Below, piece by piece: positions 49,061-58,913 of a DNA stretch of 64,000 bases. The notes beneath the pieces are model-generated. The model did no database searches and was not told the DNA's origin. It saw only the letters and a program-made list of their open reading frames with translations. The DNA is from Desulfurococcales archaeon (GTDB taxonomy: Archaea > Thermoproteota > Thermoprotei_A > Sulfolobales > Desulfurococcaceae). The stretch lies in assembly GCA_027022365.1 (NCBI GenBank), contig JALVYU010000031.1, forward strand, positions 224,001-288,000. The letters run 5' to 3'. Each line of letters begins with the position of its first letter. Position 1 is the first letter of the stretch. Made by a program: the position numbers and the translations under genes.

Positions 49061-49171
49061 GTCGAATCACCTCCTTGGCCGTGGAAATATAGTATATGAA
49101 ATACGTTAATAACTAGTATCTGTTTCTAAGATGGATAACGTGGATGATGAACGGTTAGGAGATGTTAGATC

Positions 49172-49591
49172 ATGGGGTCTATACATGAATGGCTAGTACC
49201 AGCTATACTAACACTAGTGCTTTGGGGTTTATGGGGCTATATGTTGAAATTTGCTGGAACTAGGCTTGATTGGAGAGAAGTATACTTTATCAGTAGCTTG
49301 GCCAGCTTTACTTTGGCATTAATATTCTATCTGTACTCTAAGGGATTTAGTATTAGCCTAAACATCTACGCATTATACGCAGCGATCGCCGGCCTTATGG
49401 GAGGACTCGGATACCTGGCCTTCATGATAGCTATTAGCAAGGGGAAAGCCTCGATAATAATTCCTTTAACAGCACTATATCCAGCTATAACTGCTGTCCT
49501 CGCAGTGTTGTTCCTAGGAGAAAAGCTGAAGCCGACACAGCTCGCGGGAATAATAATGGCGCTCATAGCAGGTATACTCGTATCCCTCTAG
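49172..49591 (+). CDS. EamA/DMT family transporter (single repeat)
   Basis: LWGLWG, AISKGKASIIIPLTALYP, LFLGEKL. Confidence 0.9.
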   Translation: MGSIHEWLVPAILTLVLWGLWGYMLKFAGTRLDWREVYFISSLASFTLALIFYLYSKGFSISLNIYALYAAIAGLMGGLGYLAFMIAISKGKASIIIPLTALYPAITAVLAVLFLGEKLKPTQLAGIIMALIAGILVSL

Positions 49592-49899
49592 GCATCGCCG
49601 CTCCATGCCGTAGCGGCTGCTACAGCGTCTATTAGGAAGTCTTTATTGTTGGAATAGTCTTCCTCGATGAGAGAGGCATAGGCTGTCTCGATGATCTTCT
49701 CGTACAGGTTTTCATCGATATCAACTTCTAATCCATTAACACTAACCTCCAGCTTAGCGCCAGGCTGGTAGACCTGGAGGATCCTAGGCTCTATGCCGTC
49801 TTTTCCTAGCTCTGATGCGGCAACCATGACAGCGTTTAGTACTATCGCGTCAATACTTGAGCCGTAAGTTATTGTGATGTTTACAACCGCTTTTGGCAT
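49588..49899 (-). CDS. Hypothetical protein (possible Cys-less thioredoxin-like fold)
   Basis: 103 aa; GGTGG SD; beta-alpha-beta pattern, VSVNG. Confidence 0.65.
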   Translation of the reverse strand: MPKAVVNITITYGSSIDAIVLNAVMVAASELGKDGIEPRILQVYQPGAKLEVSVNGLEVDIDENLYEKIIETAYASLIEEDYSNNKDFLIDAVAAATAWSGDA

Positions 49900-50084
49900 T
49901 CCGCGACCACCACTGATCCGATGACATGTTATAGGGATAAAAGAGCGGGGAAGGTATTGTTACCGCGTTGTTACCGGGAGATATAGGGTCTTATTACAGG
50001 GTTAACACGGTAGCCTCCCTATTATAAACCCGGGATAAGCCATTCGCTAGATAGAAGATGAAGATGAGAGGTGTGCTTTAGAGT

Positions 50085-50381
50085 ATGAATGTTCAAGCAA
50101 GAGTTTATGACCGTGCCCGTGAGATAAGCAATTTTATCTTATTAAAATATGTGCACGAACTAGAAGAAATAATGGCTAGAGAAGCCAGGCTGGTTTCAAA
50201 GCAGAGCCTTTCCCCGGAGGATAAGGTCGAGCTGGCTGGTATTAGGGCTTTGAAGAAGGTTATAGCTGAGGAGCTCGGAATACCGATCAAGGAGTTCAAC
50301 CCTGAGGAGGAGAAGATCGCACAATCAATACTGAGCATTATGGATATATTCAAGGACGAGGAAGTAGCGCTTGAGGCTTAA
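50085..50381 (+). CDS. Hypothetical helical protein
   Basis: 98 aa; GAGGTG SD; TTATAAA upstream. Confidence 0.75.
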   Translation: MNVQARVYDRAREISNFILLKYVHELEEIMAREARLVSKQSLSPEDKVELAGIRALKKVIAEELGIPIKEFNPEEEKIAQSILSIMDIFKDEEVALEA

Positions 50382-50570
50382 CCCCAAATATACTCGAGCA
50401 CCCGGGAACCCCTATTTCGCCCTAAACGTCTTAAACATTTTTCTAATATAGTTCTTTGCCTAGCCCCTTGAACCCCTTACCAATATTCTATACAATTCTT
50501 TAAGGTAAATAATATATAAACAACTATTATCAAAACCTTCTTAGACGTACAATAGTGTGGATGATATGCG

Positions 50571-51584
50571 TTGCCAGCAGTCATCGAGGCTAGTGATCTC
50601 CACAAGACCTATATCGAGAAGCGAGGCCTAATCCATAGAAAAGTGAGAAGGGTAGAGGCGCTTAAGGGCATAAGTTTCAAGGTGGAAAAAGGCACTGTAT
50701 TCGGTCTACTTGGACCGAATGGTGCGGGGAAGACAACGACCGTCAAAATACTGAGCACCCTACTTATACCTGACAAGGGAAGAGCCTGGATAATGGGTTA
50801 TGATGCCCTAGAAGAACCAGAGAATGTAAGAGAAATAATAGGTGTTTCCCTGAGTGTTGAGCGTGGATTCTTCTGGAAGCTCACAGGCTATGAAAACCTA
50901 AAATACTTCGGGATGCTGCGGGGCCTTAGCGGCCGTGAGCTGGACAAGAGGATAAGGGAGCTCATGGATCTTCTAGGCCTACTAGAGCTTGGAGCAGACA
51001 CTAAGTTCTATGAAGACTTCAGCTTGGGCATGAAGGCGAGGCTGAGTCTTGCACGGGCCCTCATACATGACCCTCCCGTACTAATATTGGATGAACCAAC
51101 CCTAGGCCTCGACCCTGCGAGCTCGAGGCATATAAGGAACCTTATCGTCCGACTGACGCATGAGGAGGGGAAGACAGTCCTCATCACAAGCCACAATATG
51201 TGGGAGGTAGAGGTCATATGCGACTATGTTGCGATAATCAATAAGGGAAGAATAATAGCGATGGGCACAGTGCCTGAGCTAAAGAGAATGGTCAGCAGAG
51301 AAATACCTATTGAAATAACGAGCTATGCAGGAAAACTTGTCTCGGAGGACATTCTCGAGAAGATCGTAAGAGAGACTCTCGGCATCGAACGTGTAGCTGT
51401 TAAGATGGATAAGCAGGGGAAAGTAAGGATCAGAATATTGGTTGAGAACGGCATGGAGGACAGTGTTGTGAACAAGGCGCTCGAAATTCTTAGAGCCAAG
51501 GGGCTCAGGATCCTCGAGGCAAGGATCATGGAGCCTAGCTTAGAGGATGTATTTATCAAGCTGACCAGTGGTGCTAGGTCTTGA
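50571..51584 (+). CDS. ABC transporter ATP-binding protein (DrrA-like)
   Basis: GPNGAGKTT, FSLGMKARL, LDEPTLGLDP, SHNM, EPSLEDVF. Confidence 0.95.
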   Translation: MPAVIEASDLHKTYIEKRGLIHRKVRRVEALKGISFKVEKGTVFGLLGPNGAGKTTTVKILSTLLIPDKGRAWIMGYDALEEPENVREIIGVSLSVERGFFWKLTGYENLKYFGMLRGLSGRELDKRIRELMDLLGLLELGADTKFYEDFSLGMKARLSLARALIHDPPVLILDEPTLGLDPASSRHIRNLIVRLTHEEGKTVLITSHNMWEVEVICDYVAIINKGRIIAMGTVPELKRMVSREIPIEITSYAGKLVSEDILEKIVRETLGIERVAVKMDKQGKVRIRILVENGMEDSVVNKALEILRAKGLRILEARIMEPSLEDVFIKLTSGARS

Positions 51585-52399
51585 GCGAGCTAAGATACGC
51601 CAAGATGATAGTGAAGGCAGAGTTCTACGCGTATATGTGCTGGCTGAAGAACAACAAGCTATTCGCATTTATGACTCTCGCTTGGCCATATCTCATGGCA
51701 GCCTTTATACTCGGGCTCGGCACTGCTCTGGGGAGTCTCTCTGTTTTTGCTTCCAAGGTGGGTGTAGGAGACCCGATATTCTACATTGTATTGGCGAGCG
51801 GGGTACTTGTCTCGAGCATCAACGTGGTAGATTATTCTGCGTGGACACTCATCGACCTGAAGTGGCTGGGAGTGCTTCCATATATCATGGCTTCGCCTCC
51901 AGGCCTTAGGCGTGTAACGATGTACGGCTTGATTATACCGGCAATGATAAGTAGCGCGATAAGCCTGACGGCCGTTGCGCCCGTCGCTGTGTTCACTGAG
52001 GGACCACTAGGACTCGTCAAGGTCGTCGTGGTTCTCGGCCTTGTTTATCTCGCCACGATACCTCTAATCGGGATAGCGGTGATCGCGGGGAGCCTCTCGC
52101 TGATATTCAAGGAGGAGAGCTTCGTGTCTTTTCTGAGCCCACTAATGCTGCTTGTTAGCGGTGTTTACTACCCCATAACATTTCTCCCCAAGATACTCCA
52201 GGTTTTCTCCTACATAGTGCCCGTGACGTATGTTGTGGAGGCCGCGAAGATATTGTCGGTCTACGGTGTACCCCCGTTTGACAAGCTCTTCTGGATAATA
52301 GGGGTACTCGTCGCAATGAGCATATCATACAATCTAATAGCGTACCCCGGCCTCAGGAGTGTGGAGAAGAATGTCAGGAAGCACGGCATATCTACGTAA
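51581..52399 (+). CDS. ABC-2 permease
   Basis: Six TMs; SGVYYPITFLP, PVTYVVEAAK. Confidence 0.9.
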   Translation: MSELRYAKMIVKAEFYAYMCWLKNNKLFAFMTLAWPYLMAAFILGLGTALGSLSVFASKVGVGDPIFYIVLASGVLVSSINVVDYSAWTLIDLKWLGVLPYIMASPPGLRRVTMYGLIIPAMISSAISLTAVAPVAVFTEGPLGLVKVVVVLGLVYLATIPLIGIAVIAGSLSLIFKEESFVSFLSPLMLLVSGVYYPITFLPKILQVFSYIVPVTYVVEAAKILSVYGVPPFDKLFWIIGVLVAMSISYNLIAYPGLRSVEKNVRKHGIST

Positions 52400-53186
52400 A
52401 GCCCTGGCGATCGTGTGGCTTCATCTTGTGAGGCTGCACAGGTACAAGCTGGGATTCATGAATATGATACTTACCGACATGATATGGTATATCCTGTTGG
52501 CCCTAGGAGCCCTAGCGTTTTCCCCGGCCGGATCTCATAGCGTGACAGCAGTCATTATCTTCTGGGGAATAGTGATGTGGAGCATCATGAACAACACCAT
52601 ATGGCTTATTGTGGGCTGGGTAAGATTTGTTCTCGCGTGGCGTATATTTGAGGATCACATTCTCCACAATACAAACCCCATATTACTGATAAGCGGGAGA
52701 ATAATTACATCAACAATAGTTACAGCGACGGCCGTACCCGTGATCGCTATAGCCTTCTACTTCCTAACCGGGGCGCCGATAATTTTCGTAAAGAATATAG
52801 GGCTCATGGCACTAGGCATAGTACTCCTGATTATCTATGCAGCCCTCTATAGCATGATGCTTGTATGCTTGTCTCTAAGGCTAAGAATACCTGGTGCAAT
52901 GCTGGATATCACGAACATCGCTATGTTCGTGATAGGAGGCCTCGGAGTCCCCCTAGCATGGATGGCGCCTATCATCAGGAATATAGCGTTCTTCATACCA
53001 TACACCTACGCGGCAGAAATTGCAAGAGCCGGAATAGCTGGTATAGAGCCTTATTTCGGCCTCACGGGTACACTATCTATCGGCGGGATATATATGGCGA
53101 TAATGCTCCTTACCACAATTGTCGTTATAAAGTATAGTATTGATTATATTAGGAGGCATGGCGTAAAAGGAGTCGGCATGATGTAA
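52371..53186 (+). CDS. ABC-2 permease (second subunit)
   Basis: Six TMs; GGLGVPL, IPYTYAAEIAR. Confidence 0.88.
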   Translation: MSGSTAYLRKALAIVWLHLVRLHRYKLGFMNMILTDMIWYILLALGALAFSPAGSHSVTAVIIFWGIVMWSIMNNTIWLIVGWVRFVLAWRIFEDHILHNTNPILLISGRIITSTIVTATAVPVIAIAFYFLTGAPIIFVKNIGLMALGIVLLIIYAALYSMMLVCLSLRLRIPGAMLDITNIAMFVIGGLGVPLAWMAPIIRNIAFFIPYTYAAEIARAGIAGIEPYFGLTGTLSIGGIYMAIMLLTTIVVIKYSIDYIRRHGVKGVGMM

Positions 53187-53273
53187 TAGTAATTAGACGG
53201 TGGCTTACGCTATTTATTCTCGCTCAGTACTAATTATGGTTCTAGAAAAGCAAACGTAACAACACGATAAACG

Positions 53274-54149
53274 GTGCCAGGGTTGAGGCCTAGGCTTCTA
53301 ACGGACTGGCTGGGAATGCTGAGGATAGGCAACGCTGTAGTAATAGGATTTGCAGCCATAACCGGGTACGTGGTAAGCGGCGGGCACCATCTCTGGGAGG
53401 CTCTACTCCTAGCGCTGTCAGCAACACTGATCGGATGTTATGGGAACGTTATAAATGATGTACTCGATGTAGAGATAGATAGGATCAATAAGCCGTGGAG
53501 GCCGCTTCCATCCGGACGGATAAGTCTCTCCTCGGCGAAAACCGGTGCAGCCATACTTCTCATAGCAGGTATAGCTTTATCACTGCTCCTACCACCTGTC
53601 TGCCCGGTCATAGCAGTCATTGCATCGGTTCTCCTCTACGCCTACTCATGGAGGGTCAAGAAGACAGGGTTTCCAGGGAACCTAGTTATAGCATTTCTAT
53701 CATTCATGGTCGTCGTATACGGCGGCCTCGCAGGCCCCGATCCGGGCAGATCACTAGTTCCCGGCCTATATGCCTTCTTCATAATACTCGGTAGAGAAAT
53801 ATACAAGGGTGTAGAGGACGTTGAGGGCGATCGGCGCCATGGGGTTAAGACCATAGCGGCAAGCCTCGGCGTGAAACCGGCTGTGATCATGGGGACAATA
53901 CTATTGTTCACAGTTGTAGCCATCAGTCCCTTCCCTTATTTCTACATGGGGATGAACATAGCATATCTACTATCAGCTTTCATAGGCGTGGATCTACCTA
54001 TTATAATCGCTTTTATAAAGATCATTAAGAACCCTGTCAAACATGCTTGGACATCAACCCGTATCCTTAAGATCCCCTTGTTCATGGGTCTTCTCGCCTT
54101 CTTTCTCGGCTCACTACCTTTAAATCACAGCTATCTACAGTTCACATAA
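53274..54149 (+). CDS. Digeranylgeranylglyceryl phosphate synthase (UbiA family)
   Basis: NDVLDVEIDRINKPWRPLPSG, YS..K..G..GN, REIYKGVEDVEGD. Confidence 0.9.
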   Translation: MPGLRPRLLTDWLGMLRIGNAVVIGFAAITGYVVSGGHHLWEALLLALSATLIGCYGNVINDVLDVEIDRINKPWRPLPSGRISLSSAKTGAAILLIAGIALSLLLPPVCPVIAVIASVLLYAYSWRVKKTGFPGNLVIAFLSFMVVVYGGLAGPDPGRSLVPGLYAFFIILGREIYKGVEDVEGDRRHGVKTIAASLGVKPAVIMGTILLFTVVAISPFPYFYMGMNIAYLLSAFIGVDLPIIIAFIKIIKNPVKHAWTSTRILKIPLFMGLLAFFLGSLPLNHSYLQFT

Positions 54150-54394
54150 TACATAGCTTCATAAAACACTGCCAATATTGGGTAATGATAACTAAAAGCA
54201 GGCTTTATGCTACCCGTATTGAAATACGTAGGCCCAAAAGGAACAACCCGTCAAAGGAGCGTGATGAATTAATGAGGATATACGGGCGTAACATTACATA
54301 CAGTATCAGCATACCTGATATTCTTGAAAGGCATAAAAGAAACACTATAACACAGAAAGCTACAGTCTAAGTGTTTCCGCCCCTATAATTAAAA

Positions 54395-55012
54395 GTGTCT
54401 GGTGAAAACGCTTTGACCACGAAAGAAGATGTGTTGAAGGAAATAAAGCGGAAATCAATACATGTGATCCCCGGGTTCTTCGCTATACCCTTTATTGAAT
54501 GGCTGGGCAAACCATACGCATTAGCTGTCAGCATCTTTTTCTTCACATTATATGCTCTAAACGAATATGCATTGAGAAAGGGTAAGAAGTGGAGTGTACC
54601 TATAGCGGGCCATACCTTCAAGATCATGGCCAGAAAAGAAGAGCTTGAAAAGAGAACTTTTATCGGCACTGTTTACTTCTGGGGACTAACGATACTGATC
54701 ATCGCTTTTCTACCCCCGGCCCAAGCGGCAGCCGCTATCATGATATCGAGTTTCGGGGACGCCGCAGCAGCGATCATAGGTAAGGCTATCGGTGGTCCCC
54801 GCATACCGTATAATAAGAGAAAGACCTTGGCGGGATCGATCGCTATGTTTCTAGTGTCGGTAGCCAGCTGTATAGTGGCTGGGGTACAGCTATATTCAGG
54901 CCTCCTAGCGTCGGGTATCTCCACGATCGCGGAATCGATGACGAGAATATCTGTTAATGACGAGATAACTGTCCCGGTAATAGCGAGTATTTCCCTCTAC
55001 ATATTAGGATGA
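54395..55012 (+). CDS. CTP-dependent polyprenol/diacylglycerol kinase family (SEC59/DGK1/VTE5)
   Basis: EIKRKSIH, GDAAAAIIG, KTLAGS, E...NDEITVP. Confidence 0.88.
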   Translation: MSGENALTTKEDVLKEIKRKSIHVIPGFFAIPFIEWLGKPYALAVSIFFFTLYALNEYALRKGKKWSVPIAGHTFKIMARKEELEKRTFIGTVYFWGLTILIIAFLPPAQAAAAIMISSFGDAAAAIIGKAIGGPRIPYNKRKTLAGSIAMFLVSVASCIVAGVQLYSGLLASGISTIAESMTRISVNDEITVPVIASISLYILG

Positions 55013-55334
55013 GCCTTGTTATCCCGACTATTTATGGGAACCATGTATTACTCATAGCAAATTATTCGCTGAGAGGATTAATAACAAGTTATCAAGCCCC
55101 CACTATGAAGGGCCTTGAGAATTCCTTGTACTGCATAAATACAATGATCAAAGGTTTTTGAAATACATAACGTGAAACAAAGGAGTGTAATTTTGTCTAA
55201 ATAACTAGTAAAAACGGTGGGTGAAAACAGGCATAAGTACACGTAAACAAATTACTTAGAAAACACAGAATAATCTTCGGGCCTACTATCTCTATTGTGC
55301 AGAGTTAATAGCTCCTCAGTTGTGGGTCGACCCT

Positions 55335-56078
55335 ATGGCCTCGGACAAGATCTATGAATACTACGTGAAAGTACAAGAAATTATCAAAAAGATCTACAGC
55401 GCCGAAAAACATAACATCTTAAAATCAGCTGAAATGTTTGCAGATGCGTTGATCTCTGATCATATCATCCACGTGGCTGGAGCAGGGCACTCGGCTATGG
55501 CTGGAGAAGAACTATTCTATAGGGCTGGAGGCCTTGTCCCCGTGGATCCTATGATAGGGAATGATATAACAATAAGTTCAGGAGCCATCAAGTCGACAAT
55601 GATGGAGTCTGTCGTAGGCTATGCTAAGGTATTGCTGAACCATCATAACGTCGGGAGAGACGATGTAGTATTAATAGTATCGACGAGCGGGAAGAACCAG
55701 TTCCCCGTAGAAATGGCTGTTGAGGCCAAAAACCTTGGTGCAAAAACAATAGGCATAACGAGCGTTAAGTACTCGGAGACGCTCGAGCCGAAGAACACTT
55801 ATGGTAAAAGGCTCTTCGAGGTCGTAGATATTGTGATAGACAACCACGTTCCACCCGGCGATGCATCTGTGGAATACGAGGGCTTCCCAATGAAAACCTC
55901 GCCCCTGTCAACAATAGCTAATACATTTATTGTCAACTCTATCGTTGCACAGACAACTCAGATCTTGCTAGAAAAAGGTGTTGAACCACCTGTATGGCTA
56001 AGCGCTCATCTGCCAGGTGCTATGGAGCACAACTTGGAGTTACTCGAAAAATATAGAGGAAGGATCAGGCTGTTATAA
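55335..56078 (+). CDS. SIS domain sugar isomerase-like protein (UPF0309)
   Basis: GAGHS..EELFYRAGGL, STSGKN, GKRLFEVVDIVIDNHVP.GDA. Confidence 0.9.
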   Translation: MASDKIYEYYVKVQEIIKKIYSAEKHNILKSAEMFADALISDHIIHVAGAGHSAMAGEELFYRAGGLVPVDPMIGNDITISSGAIKSTMMESVVGYAKVLLNHHNVGRDDVVLIVSTSGKNQFPVEMAVEAKNLGAKTIGITSVKYSETLEPKNTYGKRLFEVVDIVIDNHVPPGDASVEYEGFPMKTSPLSTIANTFIVNSIVAQTTQILLEKGVEPPVWLSAHLPGAMEHNLELLEKYRGRIRLL

Positions 56079-56183
56079 GCGGTTTTAAATTATGGATTTA
56101 AGTCTTCAATTCCCTAGTGGAGTCTTAAGATTTGGAGGTAAAATGATTCATTAAAATTGCTATGACCAACGCGGTGAGGGAAC

Positions 56184-57359
56184 GTGGCGAGAGAACTTGT
56201 TATTAGACATGCTAGAATCTATACTCCATTAACAGTCATTAGAGAAGGGTATATCGTTGTCGAAGAAGACGCTATAGCAGAAATCGGCAGAGAGCCCTAT
56301 TCGGGAACAATATCCGACCAATTACACGCGGAAGGACTAATAATTGCACCGGGATTCATCGATACACATATTCACGGTTATGGCGGAAGGGATACTGATG
56401 AAGCAGACGTAGAAGCAATATATACGATATCGAAGGGCTTGGTCAAGCATGGTGTGACAAGCTTCGTCCCATCCTCTGTCACTATGCCTCATGAAGCCCT
56501 AGTCGAAATTGCTAAGTCGATCAAAGAAGCGAGGGAGCAGTGGAAGCCTGAAATAGGGGCGAGAGTACTGGGCCTCCACCTTGAAGGACCGTATCTAAGT
56601 GTGGAGAAGGCAGGTGCTCAGAACAAGGAATATATAAGGCCTGCTTCAATCAAGGAGCTGAAACAATACATTGAGGCTAGCGGAGGACTAATAAGACAAA
56701 TAACCGTTGCACCAGAAAATCCCGGCGCACTAGACCTGATAACATATGCTGTATCTCAAGGCATAACAGTATCCATAGGTCATACAAACGCTACCTACGA
56801 GCAGACAAGACTAGCCATCGAGAGAGGAGCAAGGAAGTCAACACATACATTTAACGGTATGAGGGGAATACATCATCGCGAACCAGGCCCGGTTATCGTC
56901 GTTCTCGAAGATAATAGTGTCTATATCGAGCTAATCACCGACTTCATCCACATAAGTCCTCCCGTAGTCAAGTTCGTGATAAGACATGTTGGGCCATACA
57001 GGATGGTCCTCATATCGGACTCAATATGTGCAACGGGTCTCCCTGACGGTGCATACGAGTTAGGCGGGTTAAAGGTAATCGTTAAGAATGGCGTCCCAAG
57101 GCTTGCCGAAACCGGTGCCCTTGCTGGTAGTACATTGACTCTGGACCGTGCTGTAAGGAACGTTCATAGCCTGGGCTTCGATCTAGGAGAAACACTAGTT
57201 ATGGCCAGCTATACCCCGGCGGCATCTATTAACGCTCTCTGCAGGGATAAAGTAGGGTTGTTGGCGCCCGGGTTCAAGGCAGACCTTGTGTTTCTTGATG
57301 ATTCACTCAATGTTGTTAGGACAATGATTGGTGGAGAAATAGTTTATGAAAAGAGCTAA
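56184..57359 (+). CDS. nagA: N-acetylglucosamine-6-phosphate deacetylase
   Basis: PGFIDTHIHGYGG, HLEGPY, TVAPE, GHTNA, THTFNGM, LAGSTLTLD. Confidence 0.95.
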   Translation: MARELVIRHARIYTPLTVIREGYIVVEEDAIAEIGREPYSGTISDQLHAEGLIIAPGFIDTHIHGYGGRDTDEADVEAIYTISKGLVKHGVTSFVPSSVTMPHEALVEIAKSIKEAREQWKPEIGARVLGLHLEGPYLSVEKAGAQNKEYIRPASIKELKQYIEASGGLIRQITVAPENPGALDLITYAVSQGITVSIGHTNATYEQTRLAIERGARKSTHTFNGMRGIHHREPGPVIVVLEDNSVYIELITDFIHISPPVVKFVIRHVGPYRMVLISDSICATGLPDGAYELGGLKVIVKNGVPRLAETGALAGSTLTLDRAVRNVHSLGFDLGETLVMASYTPAASINALCRDKVGLLAPGFKADLVFLDDSLNVVRTMIGGEIVYEKS

Positions 57360-58750
57360 GGCGTTTTTTCAGTCTCTATAACTTTTTTCAGCCACCTACC
57401 ACTCCTTATCCAAGTCAATGATATTATTCCGGCAACTATATTGCTTATTGACATTCCCATGTAAATGCCGGTGCTGCCGAATCCTAGCAGTAGGGCTAGT
57501 AGGTAGCTCAGACCTATTCTCAGAATCCATAGCCTCACAATAGATATTACAGCGAATGCCCTGGTGTGACCAGATCCATTGGCTATTGCTCCCGCTACGA
57601 AGAATAAGCCGAAGAACGGTATGCTCCACACGAATATGCTTATGAGCCGCGAACCCTCAGCTATGACCATCGGGTCATTAATGAATATGGATACAAGGCC
57701 CTCACGGAAGAAATAGATTAGGATCCCGCCTAGAACTAGGCTTGAAAATACGAGTAGCAATCCGGTCTCTGATATCTTCCTAGCTCTATCGTATTTCTCT
57801 GCACCGATGTTCTGCCCAATCATGATCGACACGGCTCTACTGATTGATCCAACAAACGCCGTCAGGATGTCTATGATCCTGATCGCCACGCCATAAGCCG
57901 CTACAACAACACTGCCAAACATGCTTACGAGGCTCATCATGACCGTGAAGCCCAGCGCATTGCTGCTCTGCTGTATTGCGAGCGGTGTACCTATACGAAA
58001 TATTTTCTTGAGCCACCACTTCTCGATACGCATGTATTTCAGCTCTATCTTCACTCCCCTGATCCCTTTTGCGAGAAAGTATCCGCCGATAATGCTAAGA
58101 AGAGATCTTGAAAGTATTGTCGCGACAGCTGCACCTACAACACCTAGTTGGGGGGCATCTAGTAACCCAAATATCAGTACGGGATCGAGGATCATGTTGG
58201 CTATACTAGAAATTATGCTTAGCATTGTCGGTGTCCTGGTGTCCCCCATGCTATTTGCTATAATCATGTACGCGAAGCCAAGGAAAACAAGGGGGATCCC
58301 GATGAAAATAGTCCTTGTGTATTGTACGGCTAATGGATAGATATTCTTGGGGACATGCATCCATGAGAGGAAATATGGGCTGCCAACATATCCTACTAGA
58401 CTGAATGTCACGGCTAAAATAAGCGCGAACCCGACAAACATGCTCGCGGATTTTTTAACCATTACCTCGTCTCCTGCACCATGATACTGGCTTATCAAGC
58501 TTATCGCGGCATTCATATAGCCTAGCCCGACCGAGTAGACAAGCATTATTAGCGGCCAGGAGACAGTGGGTGCTCCGAACGCGTACCGGCCAAGGCGTCC
58601 AAGCCATAGTGCGTCCACCAGATTATAGGATATGTTAACTAGGTTTGCTAGGAAGACAGGCCAGGCTAGCCACAGGACTGTACGTAGTATTGGTGCCTCC
58701 AGTATTCTTTGTCTGAAAATCCTTGTCCTAGCATCCATCTGCGGCACCAA
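57356..58750 (-). CDS. MATE family efflux transporter
   Basis: LAWP, YNLVD..WLGRLG, GDTRTP, NMILDPVLIFG, GQNIGA. Confidence 0.95.
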   Translation of the reverse strand: MVPQMDARTRIFRQRILEAPILRTVLWLAWPVFLANLVNISYNLVDALWLGRLGRYAFGAPTVSWPLIMLVYSVGLGYMNAAISLISQYHGAGDEVMVKKSASMFVGFALILAVTFSLVGYVGSPYFLSWMHVPKNIYPLAVQYTRTIFIGIPLVFLGFAYMIIANSMGDTRTPTMLSIISSIANMILDPVLIFGLLDAPQLGVVGAAVATILSRSLLSIIGGYFLAKGIRGVKIELKYMRIEKWWLKKIFRIGTPLAIQQSSNALGFTVMMSLVSMFGSVVVAAYGVAIRIIDILTAFVGSISRAVSIMIGQNIGAEKYDRARKISETGLLLVFSSLVLGGILIYFFREGLVSIFINDPMVIAEGSRLISIFVWSIPFFGLFFVAGAIANGSGHTRAFAVISIVRLWILRIGLSYLLALLLGFGSTGIYMGMSISNIVAGIISLTWIRSGRWLKKVIETEKTP

Positions 58751-58913
58751 TAATACGGTGTTATATAGAGCATAGTTGACCTGGTCGAAAAATACGGTTC
58801 ATGAGTCCTAATAATAGTATCTCTATAACTGATGAGTACCCATGATAAATTTGATAAATTGTTCAAAACATAGCAAGAAGTGTACCTAGACCTATTACGG
58901 GGTGATACCCTTC

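Noticed and set aside
54185-54370. 61-aa ORF or C/D box sRNA (GTGATGA 54261, CTGA 54315)
   Set aside because: No convincing internal D'/C' boxes, and the ORF has no recognisable features; left unannotated.
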